From: Microthyrium microscopicum
Lineage: Eukaryota
NCBI GenBank assembly: GCA_010405405.1
Contig: MU004236.1
Coordinates: forward strand, 632,576 to 696,575
Length of the DNA stretch: 64,000 bases
Reading direction: 5' to 3'
How positions within the stretch are numbered: the stretch's first letter is position 1; each line of letters opens with the position of its first letter. The notes below the pieces were generated by a model, which was not told the origin of the DNA, searched no databases, and saw only the letters and a list, made by a program, of their open reading frames with translations. The position numbers and the translations under genes are program-made. Shown piece by piece: positions 35,199-48,418 of the stretch.

Positions 35199-37871
35199 CC
35201 TGTTCTGATATGACTCGATATTGGAACCTTGCTGTTCCTAGGAGTGAGGGACGATATGTTCATCAAAGTTGTTTCAATGCAACAGAAGATCGTCCAGTGT
35301 CTGGTGAAGACGGGCACGCCGACAAAAATCCAGGATCAAAAGCATAATCAAATCATCATCAAGTTCCTACGCAGAGGCAAGGCCTCAGATGATCTACGTA
35401 GGTAACCTCGCTGAAGAAGGCGGCTTCAAATTATGTCGGTACATGAATCAATCGTGCCGCGAAGCCGGGGGATGCCGTGAGCATCCAGTGAGATGGGAGG
35501 AAGAAGAGGCTACCCATGCCATGCATGACGACAACCAGGTGAACGGTTGATTTCGATACGACTTTTATCATGATACCCTTAGCGAGCAAATGTCCTATAT
35601 TCATTCGTTTGAGTAAATAATAACGGGAGCGAGACCCACTACTTGTACCATAGTTGACAGACTTTCAAAACTCAGTTTTAGCGACCATGATGGACTTCTA
35701 GAATTTGAGCCCCTGTCTTGCAAAATTGATCCTTCCTGATCTTCGCCTCCCAATGTGGCCATCCTGGCTTTCAATCGGGCCTTTAAAATAGCATGGATTT
35801 CTGATCGTTGAAGTGGCGTAGGTATCTTGGGGATTTGACATATTCTCGCCCTGGATATCTGCACCCATCGGTCCATCATCCAAGATCATATGGCCACTCC
35901 TATGCACGCAGTGGAACCCCGCTCTAATCATTGAGGTTAGATGTTGGACGCTCATGCCATTTCTCCAGCTTTTTTCTCCGACCGTCACCTGTCAAGACTG
36001 TCACTCGCTGTTTAGCGCGAAGCACCTGCAGATATCACCCATTAATTACAAGTAATAAGTGGTGGCGAGGCGCAGGATTCTGCCCCAAAGAGACGGGCCA
36101 CACAAGCCACGAGGTTGGAGCGAGTCAGAGACCATCACAGACGGTTGGTTCTAGGAAATCTCTAGGCCATGAGGACGGTCATTTCGCAGATTCAACCCAA
36201 TATTGGTCCTAACGACTCTTTTAACAGAGCTCAATTCGCGGCAACAGGCGAAAATGTCGCCTGTTCATATTGACTCGGATTATTTGGTCAAACACAGGGA
36301 GCATCGCTTCAATTTGTGCCTAACTCAAACCTCTCATCATTGTCAGAAACCCTTTAAGTTCAACTAATCAGAAACGCCAAACGAAAGTCCAGTTCAGCCT
36401 CAGCAAGACATCATGGGTAAGTACTCAAGGTACTTCGGGTCGAATAAGATGCATCAACATCGAGTACGAGGTGTCTTAAGGAAATATTGCTTACTGTAAC
36501 ACACTTTCCCCACACCTCCAAACCCCAAAGAATCGCCTCCCCTTGACTCGTGCTTGCACTGTGCATTGTGCACACATGGACACATTGGCCTATCAAGAAC
36601 GACAGATTTATGCATCGTGAGATAAGTTCGGAACACGGTCCGCCTACCCGACTCGACCATTGTGACTGAGTACCAGATACAACGTTACATACTGACGGTA
36701 TAGCATTGCCTGGTTACTAAGTCAGTAGGTAGGCAAAGCCATTCTAGATGTCTGATTACCAGGTAACACTGTGGTCGAAGTACCAATCACTCCATGCCTC
36801 CCTTCAATCGTCCGCAAGGATAGCAAGGACCTCCGCGAGAAAGCAAATACAGGGAGCCGTTTCCAGAACCTTGACCTTGTTTGCGGCTTTATATCATTGG
36901 TACCTGGTTCTTAAGCGACATTGAAAAATTCATGTCAGGGAGCCATGTTTCTGGCCTGACTTGAAATAAACTTCTCGTTTACGCATCCCTACAACCATGT
37001 GGAGCACCCAATGCTGAGGCTCGGTTGTGCTCGTACCCATACGAATGCGACCGATTGACTCGGATCGAATAAGGTTGACTGGAAGTACTGATAACTGAGT
37101 AAAGACCTGTACCTTGAAGATCGAAGTCAAAGGAGTTCAAGACTTGAACAGAGCAAGGAAAGTTGTCAAATGTTCCATCTTGAGCTTTAAGGAACGAAAT
37201 GGTTTGATCAATCTACGGCGCGCATTAGTTTCATTATTCTGATGGTCAATAATCATACCACTTGCAACAGCGCTATATCTAAAATCTCAATAGGTATTTC
37301 AATCCGTTGTGTTATGCAAACTGCGCCATGTGAGAAATAGGTGATTCTTCATTCGAAACAACGCAACGCAGAGCTCGTACCATAAACTTACTAGTACACA
37401 GCTACGATTGCTCCAATTCATAGAATATCCAAACATTAGAATCGTCCGCTCAGCCTCGCTCTCATTCTAGAAATAATTTGAAGTCTTACTATCTCTATGG
37501 ATATGAGCTGCAGATCCAATATTCTTTTCTGTAGGGTTGTAACCTGAATTGTCTTGCAAAAACGATGGCGAACAAAATAAATGGATCTTCTTCATTTTTA
37601 ACACACTTTTACAAATGTATCAAATCGTGGATGATGCGGTGTTGTGAATTGTCGGCCTTGTGGAAGGTCGGTGTCCTAAAATGGAAGCTACGGCGGGCGT
37701 CAATTGAGAGATCCGTAGAGCTTGAGCTCTCGTTGTCCTAAATGATTTACCACAACTCTCTCCAGAATATCCGAAAGTTCCGCATATACCGGCATATAAA
37801 TACCAATCATACGCAAAGACCTTCATGTGAAGTTGAGCCGCAACTGATTCTGATGATCCAAGTCTCTTAAA

Positions 37872-39178
37872 ATGTCCGACTTCATCACCTTAGTCGAGGA
37901 ATACAGCCAGAAGGACCATGCAAAAGTCCACGGAGTAATAGCCAAGTGCGTTAATGGAGAAGGTGACATGGTCTAATTGTATCATTCGACTTTTTATGTG
38001 CTAATATGATTTAGGGAAAACAATCTACAGCAAAATCGCCGGCTACGACTCTATAGCACCAGACGCGGCGCCTCTGCGTGAAGATGCAGTCTTCAAATAC
38101 GCAAGCGCTACAAAGTTGATGACCAGTATAGCTCTGCTGCAATGCGTCGACAAAGAACTGATCGGTCTTGATGAACCACTCACTAAAGTCGTCCCTGAGC
38201 TTGGAACGGAGCTGCTGAAAAGTGATGGCGAATCTGGCATCACTGTGGAACCTACCCAGAAGACAATCACTGCGAGGCATCTGCTCTCTCATACATCTGG
38301 ACTTGCTTATTGGTTCTTGAATCCACTGTTGATGAAGTGGAAGAAAAGAGCAGAGGGCCAGAAGTTCGCAAACTCTACGCGTGTCGATGAGAAGTGCAAC
38401 AATCCTTTGGTCTTCGAGCCTGGTGAAGGCTGGGAGTACGGCGTGAGCCTCGACTGGGCTGGCGTTATAGTACGCAGATTGCATGAGGGGATGTCTTTGG
38501 AGGATTATATGATTGAGAATATATGGAAGAAGGTTGGACGATCGGCTCCTTTTCCAACGTTTTGCATTTCTCGCGATCAAGAATACAAGGACAGGCTGAT
38601 GGGTGGCGCGGAACGCGCAGCTGGTACCTAGGCCTATATGTGTGTTGACCGAATCTGAGCTAATGAGCATAGATGGATCTCTCAAGCCATACGAATTCTG
38701 GCAAGGGGATAATGCTAACGACCAAGATGGTGGACATGGTTTGAGCGGAACTGCCGATGACTGGCTCGCCGTGCTTGCAGATTTGGTTTCCGATTCTCCA
38801 CAGCTGTTGAAGCCGGAGACCGTTGCGTTGATGTTTGAACCCCAGATTCAACGAGACTCAACCTCCATGAAAATGCTGTTGCAATTAAGACCTGCTTGGG
38901 AAATTGTCGCTGGACCAGTGCCAGATTCTGCTGTCAATCACGGCTTGGGGGGTCTGCTCGTGACCGAGGAGGTTCCCAGCATATGCCAGCCGAAAGGCAT
39001 ACTTGCCTGGGGAGGCGCGGCAAATACCATATGGTTTGCTTCCAAGGATCATGGAGTCGCTGGCTTTTTCTCGACACAGCTGCACCCATTTGGGGACCCT
39101 ATGGCTAAAAACCTCGTGAATGCATGGAAGAAGGACTTTTGGTCCCAGTGTGTTGCGGTCAAGGAGCTTGGGGTTTAA
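37872..39178 (+). CDS. Beta-lactamase/transpeptidase-like serine hydrolase (LovD/esterase class)
   Basis: SxxK motif ASATKLMT, ITARHLLSHTSGL, PLVFEPGEGWEYGVSLDWAG, WGGAANTIW; introns at about 37963-38014 and 38624-38673. Confidence 0.92.
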
Positions 39179-39416
39179 AAGGTCTGAGAAGACATCAAGT
39201 CTTGTGGAGATTGCTGAGTGGGAAAAGGCTTCTCACGATGATCGGCTGCTTTGCATATAGAATCATTCGTTTATTCGTGTTGTTTTCATATCTTCTAGAA
39301 TACATTTACGCTGTTTACATTTAGTAAACGAGAAGGCACTGCGTGTTATGACATCGTATCATTACAGAGCATTTAGATCAACCTAGACTCCAGATTGATA
39401 TCGTCAAACAATCAGC

Positions 39417-39936
39417 TTACTTGCCGAACAACAAGCTATAAAGCTCTACAACAGACGACAAAGCCCAGACAACACCAACCAACGCCAACTGTCCGCGAAT
39501 AGTCTGCGTGCTTCGTAGCGCGTCGTTGTAGCTTGTCACCAACGGAATGTTGCCCTTCGCGTCCCAATGTCCACCAATGTAGACGCTAGCCGCAGCCGTC
39601 ATGAGCGCACCAAAGACATTAGTGCTCAGACTTTTGAAGCCAGAGCTGACGAGATGAAGTGCTAGAGCCGAAGCAAATAGCAAGGACAAGGCTGCCTGGT
39701 AGTCGCGTTAGTGTGGATCCTCAGCCTGGTGTCATCTATAAAGTGCTTACTCCAACGGCACCAGCGGCCTGGGTTTGACGGGTCATTTTCAGGTCGCGTT
39801 CGGCAGATTTGCTGACTTTGGCGGCGCGTTCAGAGGACTTTTCCCATTTCTGGAGGTTGGGGATGGAGATGGAGGCGTGGTACAGGGCGTAGGCGCTCAA
39901 GCCGATTTGGGCGACGTGTAGAGCGAATTGAAGCAT
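39417..39936 (-). CDS. Small multi-TM fungal protein of unknown function
   Basis: ATG at 39936, intron 39696-39750 (GTAAGC..CTAAC..CAG) joins MLQFALHVAQIG...AGAVG|AALSLLF...ELYSLLFGK*; four hydrophobic segments. Confidence 0.75.
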
Positions 39937-41430
39937 GGTGAGATAGTTTTTGGAGCTGTTTTTGTTGAAGTTGGAGTTGTAACTTGTGGGATTTATGGAG
40001 ATGAAAGGTGTTCGGTTTTCAGAGTCGCGGTTTTGTGTTTGCAAACAGTGCTTCGATGACGATGAGCTGAGCCTCACCTTCCTTGCTTCACCAAATTCAC
40101 GCATCACGATGGTGTGACGTCACGCCTACAATCAACGAATTTTCAATTAACATTTTGATATGCTGAACATTTAGAGTAGAACCTTCGATCTCTGAAGTAG
40201 CATTTTTGAAGAGAGAAATAGTTGTAAACCCGGGCATATGTTATATGAGAATAGTTGTCAGATTCGTGGTTCATCTCAGCCTTGTCAGGGCTTCTCAGCC
40301 TTCCATAAACTGCCCATTTGATTGGAAATTTCCCCTATTTTCCGATTTGAGCTGTCTCATGTTCTTCAGCGAAAAAAGATTTTGGCATCATAAATCTTGA
40401 AGACCATTCAATCAAAGATTTCACTTGGCTTGTTTTCATCTTGAGCAGTGAATGAAGTGGGAAGATCGATATAAATCTTACCAAGATAGGAGTACTAGTA
40501 AGATCTTACAGAGATGGAAGGAAAGGAACATCGAGGATCTATCTTACACATTCACACAGAAGAACTTACAAAATAAAGTTTGAGGCTCTCTTGACGATGG
40601 GACTAGTTCGGAGTTACTAGAAGAGAAATGGAACCTGCCGTAGACAACACCTTCACATGTGTTAGGCTAAGAGGATGCCGACAAATTGAAACCTACTATA
40701 AACCACCGTCCACGTGGTCAAGATGTACCTGCGACAGTTACCTTGGCTCCTATAAAGAGTATACTACTAAAGCTAGGTCAAGAACGTAGATATACGATAT
40801 GAGCGGATTGTATCAGGAAGTACTAGGTCGAATTGTGCTTAGCTATAAGCAGGAGTAGGAGTGTAATACTGCTAGTAGAAAAATTAGGAGATCACACATG
40901 TACAATATGAAACCTACTAGTACACAATACGTACTATCCAATATATTGCGAATTGGTCTTCGGTTAACCTCAGTTCTAGTATCGTGGGTAAGATGTACGC
41001 GAAAGGTAGCGGCAATGCCCTCAAGGTATAGCAAAAAGCTGATAGTTGAACGCACAAGTAGTGATAATGTTATATTATTCTTAGCTGAGCTCACAGGTCT
41101 CTAGTACTTGTCTCGCTTTCGTTCCAAAGCCTCAACACAAGACTGCCTTCGTGCAAAATGCGGAGGAGCAGAGCCCTACGCCCACGAAAAAATCCGGGGC
41201 AAACTACATCCCTTCCGCTGTTAACAGTCTGCCGGGCGTAAATAGATTAACAGCTAACTCAACCCCGGCTTTCTCACTCGCTTGCGCGGGTTCAATAAAG
41301 CTGCGATGTATACGAAAGCGGCACTAGGGTGCCAATTTCCATTCTTAAGCAATTCGATGCCCACCACATTCATTTTCTCGTCAGTCGCTCCTTAGTACTC
41401 GAAATCTGCAGGCCCAGCTCGATTTTCACC

Positions 41431-42406
41431 ATGGCACCAACAGCTGCTTTCGCAGCCGTCCTCCTGGCTCTCGCCAACATGGCGACCGCCACGCCCATCG
41501 ACCAGTCCGCCAAACAAGCCAGCCGTGTAGCAGTAGCCAGCCGCGCATGGAACATTGATCAAGAGATGATGGCCGTATTTGGCGGCTGCACAGGTCAAAG
41601 CTGTCTGATCGCTGACACGGCCGGCTCGACTGGCAAGAATCCTACTGTTCGTGCAGAAGGTGCGAGCGACGGCGATCTCAAGTGTATCGTCAAGTATAAT
41701 CCGCCAATCGGCGAGCTCCTCAAGGAGAATGGTGGACACCCACCGCCAGGCCCAAAACAGAATCTGACAATCATCTCAACGTTGCTGGGTAAAGTCAATG
41801 AGGCGTGGAGACCATATGCGGGTGATCTACATACGGGCAAATATAATGGGACTTGTGCGAAGAACATTTTGATCTTCTCCAAGGGGACTATGGAGCCAAC
41901 GCAGTATGGTGTTACGATTGGGCCGCAGTTGACGTCGGGATTGCCAAAGGACTGGACGACTGAGCCAATCATCTATGATCCTGATATTCCAGGTGATTAC
42001 TGCTTGGGATTGCCAGGTGGAATGGTGGCCAAGGATGTTATCAATAGCGCTGCGGCCAAATGCCCAACGTCGAAGCTGTTCTTGTCTGGTTACTCTCAGG
42101 GAGCTATGGTGATTCGAAATGGATTGGCGCGGGCGAATCCAAAGGCGGTTGCTCAAGTCAAGGTAAAATTTATCCCGATTACCATCAGAGGACGTACTGA
42201 CATGTTGATAGGGTGTGATTACCTATGGTGATCCTTTCCAGGGTGCTCCAATCAAGGGATACAATGGACCGTTGGAAGTCTTTTGCAAGACAGACGACGG
42301 TGTCTGTGGAGGCAACTTCGAGCTGGGACTTGCTCATCTTTCTTACGTATTTGACGATACTGTCAAGAAAGCTAAAGCGCAATTGTTGAAGTGGGGTGGC
42401 TCCTAG
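41431..42406 (+). CDS. Secreted cutinase-family (CE5) esterase
   Basis: Signal peptide; LIFSKGTME, CPTSKLFLSGYSQGAM nucleophile motif, YGDP, CKTDDGVC, AHLSY; intron 42163-42211. Confidence 0.9.
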
Positions 42407-42715
42407 ATTATCGAATAGATTCCGAAATACATCGATAGACCTGAAATATAATTCGTCGAGACAATGATTTCGTTTCAAAGTGTGATCGATCCAAGTTATC
42501 GAGGTCATATTATGCTGTAAGGTCGTGGCTGCTTACCCAATTAGCAAGTACGGGTTCGTACCAGTGAAGTACAAGTTAAGAGAACAATAACAATGCATAA
42601 TATATTCAATAAAATAACCCATTAAGAGTTATACATCAGACATCTAAACGTGACGGAAATTGGCCAAATGCCCAATTGTCGTCTTCACATCTATGATACA
42701 TTAGTTCTTACATAT

Positions 42716-43837
42716 TTACATTCCAGTCCGCTGCTGGTGAATCTCCTTGCGGAAAGCGTTGGGCTCTTCGTCAGCAACTAAGCTACCGAGACTAAGATTG
42801 CGATCCCGGTCGTAGGTTTCCATGCGCGGCGCAGTGACCCAGCCGGTTTGTCGTGGGGCAGCATTGATAGCATCATCATCGTGGTATCCTACACCAGCTG
42901 GAGCTGTAGTAGGAGCTACCTCACGGTCTTCCAGTCTGATGGCACCTTTCTTTTGACCAAGTCGTTGACGTCGCGATTTGCCGGAAACATATCCTTTCTT
43001 GCGACCCATAACGCTACCAAGACCAATCCGGCGGTGGTGTCGCATACCACAGAACAGGCCCAATGCGACAATGAGCAGAGATCCTAGGGCTGCGGGAAGA
43101 CCGATAAGTAGACTCTCTTTGCTGGGCATCTTGGTTGGTGGTGGAGCAGGATAGTGTTCGGGTAGCTTCGTTGTCAAAGTGACGTTAAATGCAGTCTGAC
43201 GCGAAGTGCTTGGCTGCTGGGAGCCGTAGGCGCTCCAAATTAAAGTGAAATTATCGCTCGAGTAGCCATTCAACCAAGCTTTGTCAATGGTAACAAAAGT
43301 ATATCCAGCCTGAGATTTCTCTGTATCCGATTTCCATACTACTACAGAAGTGTTGTTGGTGGATTGTAACACGAGTTGGATTGAGGTATTTGTTGGAAAT
43401 GCCGAGGTGCTCCATTGAACTGAGCATATCGGTTAGTTGTGGACAAGAGAATTGATAGCAGGATACCTTACCCCAATATGTCGTGCCGACTTGTAACTCT
43501 TGCCCTTCGTGCGGCGCACAGATAGGTTGTTCAATGGTATTCTTACAGGAGGTAGCAGTCGAGTCGGGCACCGAAGGACTCTCGGAAACAGAGCCAGTTG
43601 GCGAGGAAGCGGATGAGGTCTGCGAGGCGGTGCTCCCGCTGGTCGAAGTGGAAGAATCGGTAGGCATCGCAACATAAACCGAGGTTTTGACGCCGCTGAT
43701 TGTGGTCTCGACCATTGCACTACTAGGTAAACTCGCAGTGCTTGTTGTGCTAGTGGTAGCTTGTCTTTCTACCAATGGACTGGCCATTGCAGGCCCAAGG
43801 AGAGCACAAGCTAGGAGAAATGAACGAATAGCACTCA
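42716..43837 (-). CDS. Type I membrane glycoprotein, probably DUF4448/Psg1-like
   Basis: Signal peptide, S/T-rich region, C..C..P..G motif, single TM helix followed by RRIGLGSVMGRKKGY..SRRQR; one intron near 43420-43470. Confidence 0.7.
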
Positions 43838-44225
43838 TTGTAAGTAATGTAGAAAGAATGTCTGAATAAAGCAAAACACACGGTGAAGCAAACGACGATT
43901 TGAAGGAAAGATGTCGCAGGCTGCTTGAGACAGGACTTGTCGTTCAGGAGGAATTGGAGATAAGTCTCAAAACGCTGGGCAATTCCGTCGCGTGTATGGC
44001 TCTACGCGTTTATTGGCTGAATACACGAGCCTGAATCATGCTTAGCGCGCGCTACTTGTGCTGCCGCCTGTCGCCTAGCTGAGCTTGCATCATTTGAGAT
44101 TGTTGTCTTGAATTCAACACCATCCTCCCTACTATTGTTTACTCTTCTTGACATCCATCATCCATTTCATTTCCTTTCCGAAATTCGTCATCTTCTTTTC
44201 ATTCCCCGGAACTCATATCGCCATT

Positions 44226-45057
44226 ATGCGATCCCAACTTCAATTTCTCGCCCTACCGGCTCTTTGCGCCGCTGCAGATCAACAACCTCTCGCTGACACA
44301 ATCAAGAGCTGGTTCAACCTGGCGAAGGAATACATCCCGACTTCCGTCCCAACATCGATCCCAAATCCTGTCGCTGCTGCCACAGCCAAAGTCGCCGACT
44401 TGGCCGTAACACCCATAACCTTCTACAACTGGCATTCGACCCTTCAACCTGGCCTTCCTAAGGCATCTGGCGAGCCAGATGAATGGCTCATCTACTTCAC
44501 CGGTGGCAACACCACCTGCCTGGGCCGTTGCGACAATACTACTGCTGCCTGGAACACATCTGTAGCCATCTTGACCGCGAGCACAGCTGCTCCGCAGCTT
44601 GGCAGCGTTGACTGCGAGTCGGAAGACTTGCTTTGCAAGCAGTGGGCCGTGGGCCCGCCAACCATCGCACACGTCTTGATTCCATCCGCCGGCAGCCCCA
44701 ACAGCCCCATTGTGCGCTACATTGCACTCAACACCAGCAGCACTACCGCTGCGGATATCACAGAAATTATTAGCAAGCGCAAGTTCGAGCAGACTCCTCC
44801 ATACGAGGGTGTGTTCCAGCCATGGACTGGTCTCCTTGCGACCTATGGTTTCGCCGTGCCAGCTGCTTATGCCATGTGGGGATTCTCAAAGATGCCAAGC
44901 TGGTTGCCCATGATCCTCATCTCTTTCCTCAGTCGCTCATTCATGTAAGTCTATAAACCTCATTTTGTGAAAATCAACATGCTCAACTTCAACTAGGGGA
45001 CGTGGACGAGGAATGCCTCAGGATAGAGGAGCTGCCGCGCCAGCTGCGGCACAATAG
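44226..45057 (+). CDS. Conserved fungal secretory-pathway protein with thioredoxin-like fold and C-terminal TM
   Basis: Signal peptide, EWLIYFTGGNTTCLGRC, VDCESEDLLCKQWAVGPP, PYEGVFQP, C-terminal hydrophobic helix; intron 44945-44996. Confidence 0.8.
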
Positions 45058-46403
45058 ATGGGACCAAAGAAGCCACGCATTCTCAGGCTAGCATATCACC
45101 TCAAGACCATAATAGCTCGCCGTTGTAAATGTCGATCTCGCATAATTCATGCATTTTTCTTTGAAGATTTTTACCCCCTCGCCCTGAGTTAATTATTAGG
45201 TACATTGCTGGTTTTGGTTTGGGGGAACGGAATGGGTTGGTGGATGATTATACCAGAGTATGTGGATCGAATTAGTAGTGTTTAAAATATAAAGCCTCCT
45301 CCGGGTTGCTTACTCCTAGTCCATACATCCCAAGAAATAGACCGATGACGTGATCAGTTCAGAGAATTAGCTTTACTGATGAGACTGGGACGGAATTTAG
45401 GCTAGCTTGAGAAATGGTGCAATCCATCTTTTACGATGTGAGTGCAGCGCATAAGCATTAGGACAACCCCCAATTGAGGAAGTACGCTCATAGCTCATTG
45501 TGCCAATTCAGTGGTCACAAACTCATTGTGGTTTTGATAATGATCTCGGTCTATTGCACGACTAAAACACTGACTCAAAAACACACGAACAGAAGGAGTC
45601 GTGGGCAAATAACGTACTTACGAAGGCTCTTTGTGGCATATCTTGAGGTTCAGAATCAGAATTTCCATTGTTTATGTTGACCTGCTTTCAGAGAACCATA
45701 TCCTGACATCTAGAGGCCAAAACGACCACTATCGACTCGCCCTTGCACAATTCATTGATATCAGTTTGTGGAGCAGTCGTAACCAATGTTGAACATTGTG
45801 CGATCTGGTCAAAATCACGACATCTAGGATTGCTGGCCCATGGTGTTGCTTCTTCTAGTGGTATTCGGGTTTTCTGCTGTCGCTTGATTGCCGCTACAAG
45901 CTGACGGCTGTACTACTACTGGCAGCGGTATTTTTTTCCGGCTCCGGCTCAATGACAAATTTGGCCATTTGTAGTTATTATGATGTCTCTTACTGCAAGA
46001 TATATCAACTTTCTGTCGTTGCTAATGGTTGAGGTGAGTTTATGTCGACGTGTATGGCTTAGAATTGTTTCACGCCCAAGAGGTGACGGAGACTTGTTCT
46101 TTCCAATTGCAGTAGATTTTCTTTCTTATACCGAGCTTTGTTCACATAGGGAGATAGCAGAAAATTGCACAAGGAAAGAGTATTTAGTGCAAAGTAAATG
46201 CAATAATCCACCCGTGTTCTCGATTCTGTCACTTCTTCATCATTATATGTCTACCTAAAAACCAGTCACTGAAGCATTACCAACGCTGCTTGGATCATTA
46301 TCGCTTCTTCCATTTTGTTTCTTCATCAAAATCTTCCCCATATTTTGATCTGTGACCTCGTTCACTGTCTTCAATAGATCCAGAACCACAACACACATTT
46401 CAA

Positions 46404-47825
46404 ATGGCTGACGGACAATTTGAGACCATGGAGGAGTTTTATGCGCGACAGGAACGAATAATAAAGGCTCCGCTCACACCCGCCGATCTTGCAGCTCTCG
46501 AGGACTGGCCGCCCACAGCACCAGACGTCACACAAGAAGAAGTCGACGCCAAGGTTGGAGAAGTACTTGTCGACAATGGCATGACCGGCGTCTACGAGTA
46601 CCCAGATGATATGGTATACAAATATAGTCCTCACAATCACGATGAATATAACATGATGGTACTAGCTGGTGATAACTCCATCAAACCGATAGGCAGAGTT
46701 CGATTCATACAGAGAACCATGGAAGGGCCATCGGTTGCCACTAGTGGCTTTCTGATGGAGAGAGGAACACCTTTCGTCGCCAAAGATGTACGAGAAGAGA
46801 AATTGGAGGAAACAAAGAAACGGATGATAGAACTGCTTCAGAACTTGCACAACGACAAAGAGATGGTTCATGGTGACATAAAGCCTGACAACTTTATCTG
46901 GTGCCGCGATGGACAACTTAGACTTTGCGATTTTGGCTCTGCAAGGCCCTTGAAGGATTATGAGGGAGGTGGTTCTGGAAGCGGTTTTACTTACGGGTGA
47001 GTTCCTGCCCTTTCATAGATACCATTTGTACTGGAAGAAGTTGTTGTTTTACTAGATGTCTTGACCTGCAAAGATATTGCAGTAACATGTCAACCACCCA
47101 ACATGCTAATTTAGACGAAAGTTTTAAGATGTTAATATGAATTACTAACAAATTACCTAGCTACGTACCATTCGACGTTGATTATTACCATGAAGACTAC
47201 GATTTCGAACCACGACCAGAAATGGTAAGTTTCCTACGAATCCTTCCCATGCTCTACTAGTCCCTTCCCCATCAGAATATGCAAACTAACAATCATCCAG
47301 GATCACTGGGCTCTAGCAATCACTGTCTGGGAAATGTATACTCGACAGACAGCACTTGGCGAACTCAAAGAAAAAAACGACCCCGAAGCTCTTCTACAAG
47401 CTTTCAAAGAGAAGAAAACAGTCGACGTCGAGTTGATCAAAGACGCGCCCACACGCCGATGGGTGAGAAATATTTTGCGAACTGGTGGTGCGACGGTAAG
47501 AGATAATACACCTTCCCCAAAATTTGCATTGTCTTCGCCGCTTTCTTCGCTCCAGTCGAGATCGCCTTCACCTCCGGCACCTTCACCGCCGCTATCTTCG
47601 CCGCTGTCTTCGCTGAGTTCAAGGTCGCCTTCACCGCCTACGCCTTCACCGAAACGTCGTCCGCCACCGCGGAACCCGGTGGCGGCGAAACGGCAGGCAA
47701 AGAGAGGAAAGCAGGCAAAGAGAGGACAGCAGGCAAAGAGACGGCCGAGAGTTACAGGGCAGGCGGCGACGAGAATACAGCCGGCTCGGGTCGTAAAGCG
47801 CCCGATAGATACATGGAAAAAATGA
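46404..47825 (+). CDS. Divergent protein kinase-like protein with Ser/Pro/Arg-rich basic tail
   Basis: VYKY, EYNMM, MERG, HGDIKPDNF, RLCDFGSA; introns at about 46997-47160 and 47225-47300 restore DHWALAITVWEMYT. Confidence 0.8.
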
Positions 47826-48418
47826 GGTGTTTACGGAGGTGTACGTACCGTTACAGCCATTGGCGACTAAAGTATTGAGGGATGCTGCTGTACAGATCAT
47901 TGGAATAATTAGATTATACAGAAATGTCCTGACTGTTATTGCCGAAAGATATTGATACTGGCAGTGAGGAGACGAGGTTGAGCACTAGCGCGACTGTAGA
48001 GACTTTATATCTTTGCATGCTTCCTTCAACCTCACTCAACATCCTTCCGATTGCAGAAATTACGGTTAGATGGGTTTAGGAGATCATACGAGCAGACAAT
48101 ATATTGCTAGCTACGGATCTACAGTTCTTCCAGAAAAGCACCCTTTCCCCAGCCCATATGTAAATCACTCCATCACAAAACCAATGCCAAAAATCTCGCA
48201 AATTTCTCAGCGCTATTTTGAAGCGACTGATATTCCTATATATGTTTTTCAAACGCCAGGGGGAATCTAATGATAATAATGAGCTAATGCCGCTGATCGC
48301 CCCCGTTTGCTGATCAGATGTAACTATGGGTATAAAGTAACAAAGCAAAAACGCAATACAAAATGAAAAACACCATGCCATGCTCAAAACAATATATGCA
48401 GTTGCTGGATGTATCCGC

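Noticed and set aside
35300..37826. Gene-free stretch with short ORFs
   Set aside because: Nothing assignable; no repeats or ncRNA signatures could be supported.
41160..41270. SYGGRG (CreA-like) words upstream of the cutinase
   Set aside because: Degenerate hexamers occur too often by chance to call.
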